Shown in pieces: positions 57,885 to 64,000 of a stretch of 64,000 nucleotides of DNA (positions are counted from its first letter, which is position 1; each line of letters starts with the position of its first letter). The notes under the pieces are model-generated. The model did not search any database, was not told where the DNA came from, and saw only the letters and a program-made list of their open reading frames with translations. The stretch covers positions 10,710,988-10,774,987 of the forward strand of contig CAVNZM010000003.1 of the NCBI GenBank assembly GCA_963693365.1, given 5' to 3'. Source of the DNA: Amoebidium appalachense (Eukaryota > Protista > Ichthyosporea). A program made the position numbers and the translations under genes.

Positions 57885-60730
57885 CTGAATAATATCTGTC
57901 TAAAGTAGCGGTACGGGACAGGGGGGGCGGGGGTCTATTTCTTATATGAGCAGTGTCCGTAATACCATTCTATGTAAGCCTTTTGAGTGTTTCTTTTATG
58001 GTCATGCAAATACAAGTGAGGGGATAAAAATGGGAGGAGGCTTAAACCCGAAGACAACTTTACTAGGTGGAAGGAGGGGAGGGGGGAAGGGGGGGTGTAG
58101 GGGCGGAGAACGTTGCATCTTGCAGCTAGGCCCTAGGTGTGTGTGGATAAGTGGCAGAGAGAGACGGGGGGGGGGGGAGGGGGGGGGAAGAAAAAGAGAG
58201 AGGGGGAAAAAGAAAAGGGGGAGAAGGGGGAGGCCTTGGGAAAGGGGAAGAGCAAAAAAGAGATAGGGAAAGCAAGAGACGCGGGAAGTGGGGTGGTGGC
58301 CGTGGTGGTACTACGTAGGTGATGCTGGTTGGTTGGTTGGTTGGTCTTTGGGGGAAGGGAAGGGAAAAGGAGGGAGGAGGAGGGGGGGGGGGGGGGGGGG
58401 GGAGGAGGAAGGAATCCCATATACTCCATCTTTTTCGCAACGTTAACGAGGCAAACTCCTTAATCCCAAGCCTTATTTATAATGTCTGAAGGATGGTAAG
58501 CCGGTGATGCCTGTACCAAGCGTGGGGAAAGGGGTGTGGGGTAGGGTTGTGCACGTGTTAGTGTTTCAGATTCTCCACGCCTGTGGGCATGAGCATGTGC
58601 GTTTGCATGTGTATGCATGCGCTTAAGAGGTATGTTTTCGTTTTTTTTTCCCCTTCCTTTGTTTCTTTTTGGGAGTGGCAGTGGGGAATGGAGTGGAAGG
58701 AGAGCCTAAGAGAGAGGAGAGCGAGCGGATGCTTGAGGCATGTGAGGGGGGATGGGAGAGGGGGGGGGAGGGGGGGAGGGGGTAGATTAAGGTGGAGGTG
58801 AAGGATTCAAGATTGTTGGGACGCACAATATCCTACTGCAAGAACGAACACCGAGGAAAGTTGGGCACAACCTCCATCACAAGCACCGTGACGAACCATG
58901 CAAACAGCCCTTACCTGGAGGCACTAATTTAGGTCCACAAGACCCGGTGGTCCTGCTCTTGAAAGCAGAGACTGAGGCCACGGGCAAGAGGCGAGCACAA
59001 CCAATGGGAAGAAAAAAAAAAAAAAGAAAAAAAAACTACGTTCGGCGTGCATTTCGCGCCCATTTCGTGGGCGGTTACGCTATTTTGTTAAAACTTGGCG
59101 CATGATATTTTAGCCTTTTTTGTGTTACACTAACCCCAAAAGGAAGTCCAACCCCCGGGGGGGTTGTTAAAGCCACTATCCGCCTCCGCCACCGAGAGCC
59201 GGCCGACAGGCTCCCCACTGGTGACATGTGGCGCCTTCCGGATCCCGGCCCGCGGGCCTTGCGGCCGGCGCGATCATCCGCAATTGCGATAACAGCAGGG
59301 TTCAAGCAAGAAAAGCAGAAAACAAAACAAAACAAAAAAAAAAGAAATGGCTTACACTCAATATTCGGTGCGTTTTTCAAGGGCAGGAGAGGGGAATGGT
59401 GCCGTGCACAATCCGGGCTCGCTCCAACATCCAGATCCGAGGCCCGGGGCCCCGGGGGCCGGGCAAGGCGCGCTATTCTACTGTATTAGATCTTACGTTC
59501 CAAAGATAAACTAAACCAATCACAACGGAGTAATATCCCCCATAGTCTGCTGCACTGAGGTATATTTAGGTTATACCGGTGTTATGGCATAGGGGCCTGC
59601 ACTCCGAGCTGAACCCCTCTCTGTACCACACCGTCTTTTGAAGCCTTTGATTGGAATGGCGAGGGAAGGAATATGTTTCTTCCAATCATCTAATAGGCTT
59701 CTATAAATTTTTTAAGATATCGTTGTAAAACATTCAAGCTTGAAGCTTCAAAGCCTAGGAATATCTAGCGACTTTCTGCCGGAAAATGATGAACATGATC
59801 ATGAAAAAGGAAATTTTAATTTCTAACATATGTTTGGGAAGTTCAATGGGAACGACGTCGGTGACATGCCGTTCATCGAAGGTGTGTCAAGATGAATTTA
59901 GGACCCCTGCTAACACTGGGGCAATGAGGATTTCATATGTTATGGTCATAAAATATGAAGCACACACACATATATATGCATACACAAGCTCTCTGCATGA
60001 TCACACCCCTGCCTGATGGGAATATCGCTGGTATCCAAAATATTCTCGACACCCCTACATACCAGATTCTAAGGAGATAGATAAAAGCAGCCATGCATAT
60101 TCACCAGCAAGTGGCATGGTCCGCATATGCATGGCATATATGCATAGGCCTAGGATCCAAAGACTGACAGAGTCTGCGCCTCTCTGGCATACATACAACA
60201 GTCGAAAGCAGCCTGAGTGTGCTGCGGCTCGTCTATGACAGATGTGGAGTCTTTGTTTGAAAAAACAACGAGCTTTTGCGTTGATTTTTTCGATGTGTAA
60301 TTACAGCTGTAGGCACCTCGGAGTCCGCCTTCCACTTTGTGAAATAGTTGCCGAACACAAGGATTTCTGTGAAGAAAGTTATCATGAACTGGTCATCGTG
60401 AACGAACAATCAACAAATAGATTAGGGGTGTTTAGGTAACAAACCCTATAACAAGAAGCAGCACGCAATATGTGCGAGAAACACCATTACCATACTGTTG
60501 CCTAAATCTACGACCTAAGTAAAGCACTCCTTGCACATGGCGTAGCCCTACACGCCTACCTTTCTTCACCTCTCTATCTCTCTCTCTCACTCACTCATTC
60601 CCCATCTGCCTTTTCAAATTGATTCACACATTATCAACTAAACCCTCACCACAACCATTTTCTCTTCCCCCCTTCTAAAGGGACCCCCTGTAAACAAATA
60701 GGCGTTGCTAGCTAGACACACGTTTCTAAA

Positions 60731-62777
60731 ATGGCTCTTTGCGGGCTTAAACGTGCCCTGCTTACCCTCTTCTGCCTCGTTTCCTTCTCCCACGCCGCAA
60801 CGATAAACATTAACGCAACAGAGGATGCAGTTACAAAAATCACGACAGCCAAGAGCGGGGACACCGTTATTTTTGGCGGTGGGGAGCATGTTCTTTCAGG
60901 AACAATCGTGGTGAATAAATCCCTCACCATTCGTGGGATTGATGGCTCGACCATTCTCCGCGCACCCACCATTTTCGACTCTGTTTTTGAAATCACCAAC
61001 CAAAGCGCAAAAGTTACGTTTCAATCGTTGAAATTCAAGCACCGATCATTGAACCAACTCTGTGACTTGGCGACCCCTCTGGCCCTTACGGCGAATTTCT
61101 CGCTCATCATAAACAGCGCGACTGTTCGTCAGAACCTACTTAATTTGGATATTGATACGGGTTATTGGTTCAACACGCGCTACGTTTCCAACCTGTGGTT
61201 TGCGGAGTGCAACTACCTGCGCGATGGGCCAATCGGGTCACCGAACGGCGCAAACAAGATGTTGAACTACAAGATGCAACTTAAGGCGGATACATGCCGT
61301 GCCAGCATCCTCTTTTCGGTTAAGTTCGACATGTTGGGCAACTGCAACACCACCATTTCCAAATTAGGCAACTACGCCATATACACGGCCGACATTGAAA
61401 CGAACATGGCGGAATACGTCAACACAACCAACGGCACGCAGACGCTCTCCATAGCAACGGACAGGTACGGAAACGCACGGGCCAAGCTTCGGGTCATGCT
61501 CAACCGGGTCGGGTCAGTAACCGCGACCATCGCCGTCAACTACCCGACTCAGGAGTTTGAAGCGGTCATCAGCAAGTTGGGAATTAAAGAAATCGACGGG
61601 GTCAACACCTCCAAGATCACTCTCACTGTTAACATGCCTGGCCCCTACACAATCACTGCCGGTGCGGTTGGGTCGGTAAATCTGACGGATATGTTTATCC
61701 CGAGTGCAAATTCCAGCGATTGGGTGAGCGGGTCGGCGTGCAATGGTGTTGCTATAAATGCGACGTGCAGCAACAACATAACTTTCAACGTTACGTCATG
61801 CGATCTGACGGGAAATTTCAAGTTGATCAATGTTCCGATCGCGTGCCAGGCGAGCAGCATCGCCAACGGCGTGTGCCCGGCCATCCTTTCGCCGTACGCA
61901 AACATCACCGTGTTCATCTCCACAAACAACTTCTGCAAGGTTAACGAGGTAAACCTATCCTCAATTTTCACGCTGGATATCAAGCTCCGTACGGATAACA
62001 ATTATATCTCCAACCGGCCAAACAATCAGTTCTTCCTCGGGGACACAGCCTATTGGTCACTTCGCCTGTGGACCAACAGTACGGGCGTTGGTATATCCGA
62101 CGCGAAAATTACTGATTTGGTCCGCGAATCCAACCCCAACTGCACGAATTTCCCCCAGCCGTTCGCCGACACCTCCAAGATCGTGCAAACCTTCAAGGGA
62201 CTTCTGACCCCCCCTGAAATCCGCAACCCGATGCTCATCAACGTGCCCGTTTCCTGCGCCACCGCCGCAGGAGGAACCAACAACATTACCTACACATGGA
62301 CCGTCTTGGTCGATTACCTCGACACCACCTACCGCCGCCGCCGCCGCACCGTCGAAAAATCCGTCTCGTCCTTAAATTCCGAGGACGTAAACGATTCTGG
62401 TGTTTATGACCGTGTGCGTCGCGAATCGGGCGAAGTTTCCGGTAATGGGGGTTTTGGGGTTAAAGTGAGACCGGGGGACGTTCAGAAGGTGGCAGGGGAT
62501 GAAGCGACCGCGGTACTGGCGCCGGGGGGGAATTAACAACACCCTTATTGTGATAATTGCCGTGGCCGCCTGTTTGTGCTGCTGCTGTTGTATTGTCGCC
62601 GTCGGGGGAATTATCGCTCTCCGTCGGTACAAAAAGAACCAAGCGATGAAGGAGAAGGCAACGTCTCTCGCTTCCTCCCAGCCCGTTTTTGCTACTTCGA
62701 CGATGCAGTTTGACGCCAATGGACATGCGAAAATGAGTTACAATCAAAGTATGGGTGGTATTATGTCGCTGAGTTAG
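60731..62777 (+). CDS. Single-pass membrane glycoprotein with ZP-module-like layout; one frameshift in the G7 run at 62524-62530
   Basis: Signal-peptide-like N-terminus; many N-x-S/T sequons and Cys; basic sites YRRRRR and RVRR. TM helix (LIVIIAVAACLCCCCCIVAVGGIIAL-RRYKK) lies in the +1 frame (ORF 62499-62777) and joins if one G is removed. Confidence 0.8.
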
Positions 62778-62999
62778 TCGAGCGCTTTTGAGCTGGCTAA
62801 GGCAAACGGAAATTTCCCGCAGGCGGGGGTTTATGGTAACCAGGGTGCGGGTTACTAAGGGCAGGGTAGGGTCTAGACGGGGGGGGGGGGGGGGGCTTTT
62901 GGGAGGTTTTGTTTTTGGGGTTTCTTGTGGTTTCCTCGTTTTGTTTTGTTTTTTGGTTTCGTACCTTTTCCTTAGGTTTAGATGTACACATAAAGTCAC

Positions 63000-63087
<88 letters not shown>

Positions 63088-63537
63088 TACACATACATGT
63101 ACACGTACACGGAACGTTTTTGGCTGGTTGTGGTTTGTTCTTCTTTCCTAACAGTGTTTGTCATTTATCCTAATGCATTTGTTATGCATGGAAAAACTAA
63201 AAAAAAAAAAGAAAAGAAGAAAAAAATGCCAGTGGCCGTAAAATGTTCGTGCAGGGCAACACACGGAGCTTCCACTTCTGGCCCCATATGGACGCACCAG
63301 TCAATACTCTAATTCCTTTCGGAGGGGCGATATCTATAACACTGTTATAGTGTCTGTTAGTAAGTTTTTAACCGAGATTAAACTGGCTTATAAGACAAAT
63401 GTACTAGCTGTCATAGTGTAACGGTGTTCTAGCAGCGATTGATAAGTGAGAGTAGTTTACTTGGACTGGATTCCAAGATAACAGGGAATACAAGGAGATA
63501 ATGGTGATGCCTTGTGCCATGATGCCTCTTCCCCCCT

Positions 63538-63584
<47 letters not shown>

Positions 63585-64000
63585 CTCCCGCCTCATCATG
63601 ATGTATGCTCTCGGTGTGTCCTTTGCACTCTGTTTGCGTTGCCGCCCGTAAATGCGTTCTCCTCACTCTGTAGAAGCTTTCTAACCCCCCCCCCCCCCCC
63701 CCCCCGTGCCTCCCCCTCCTCGTCCCTCGTCTCCTCCCTTCCCCCCTCCCCGCCAACCTCCCTCCCCACCCTCCCAAAAACAAATTTGAAAAAAAAATGC
63801 CACCACCACCCTCCCCTCCTTTGTTGAACACAATGGGAAGTACATACGTAGTTATCCAAAGTCCTTCCAGTTACACACACACACACACACCATAAGGCCC
63901 AAAGATGATAACACATGGATCGGGCCGGGAATCGATAAAATGAAATCTAATAAGCTGATTAGATCCGAAATTCCACTATTAAAGAACGAAGCCATTGATT

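Noticed and set aside
58910-58930. U1 snRNA-like CTTACCTGG
   Set aside because: No downstream U1 features; better read as a minus-strand splice donor.

Overview
Eukaryotic genomic DNA, probably from a unicellular opisthokont (inferred from PLK4, GT-AG introns and LINE type; taxon not determined). Introns are full of poly-C/G, (CA)n/(GT)n and (GA)n tracts. 1-13.4 kb is a nest of retroelements: two APE-RT LINE families that both end in GTAAAC(3-5) rather than poly(A), inserted into each other, plus a non-autonomous LTR element with 480-bp LTRs and a CAGGA target-site duplication (TSD). Then follow PLK4 (minus), a three-exon bacterial-type tandem GNAT, and the main finding: a 24-exon gene in which an oxalate-CoA ligase (AAE3/PCS60-like) splices in frame onto a ThDP-dependent oxalyl-CoA decarboxylase/2-hydroxyacyl-CoA lyase. 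The predicted product is a 1104-aa two-step oxalate-catabolism enzyme; not splicing the joining intron would give a stand-alone ligase. Downstream are an intronless ODC-family gene with an altered specificity residue and a candidate PS-stop uORF, a truncated LINE with a 13-bp TSD, and a membrane-protein gene with a zona pellucida (ZP)-like layout. All gene models were read by eye and lack transcript evidence; homopolymer lengths may be unreliable.
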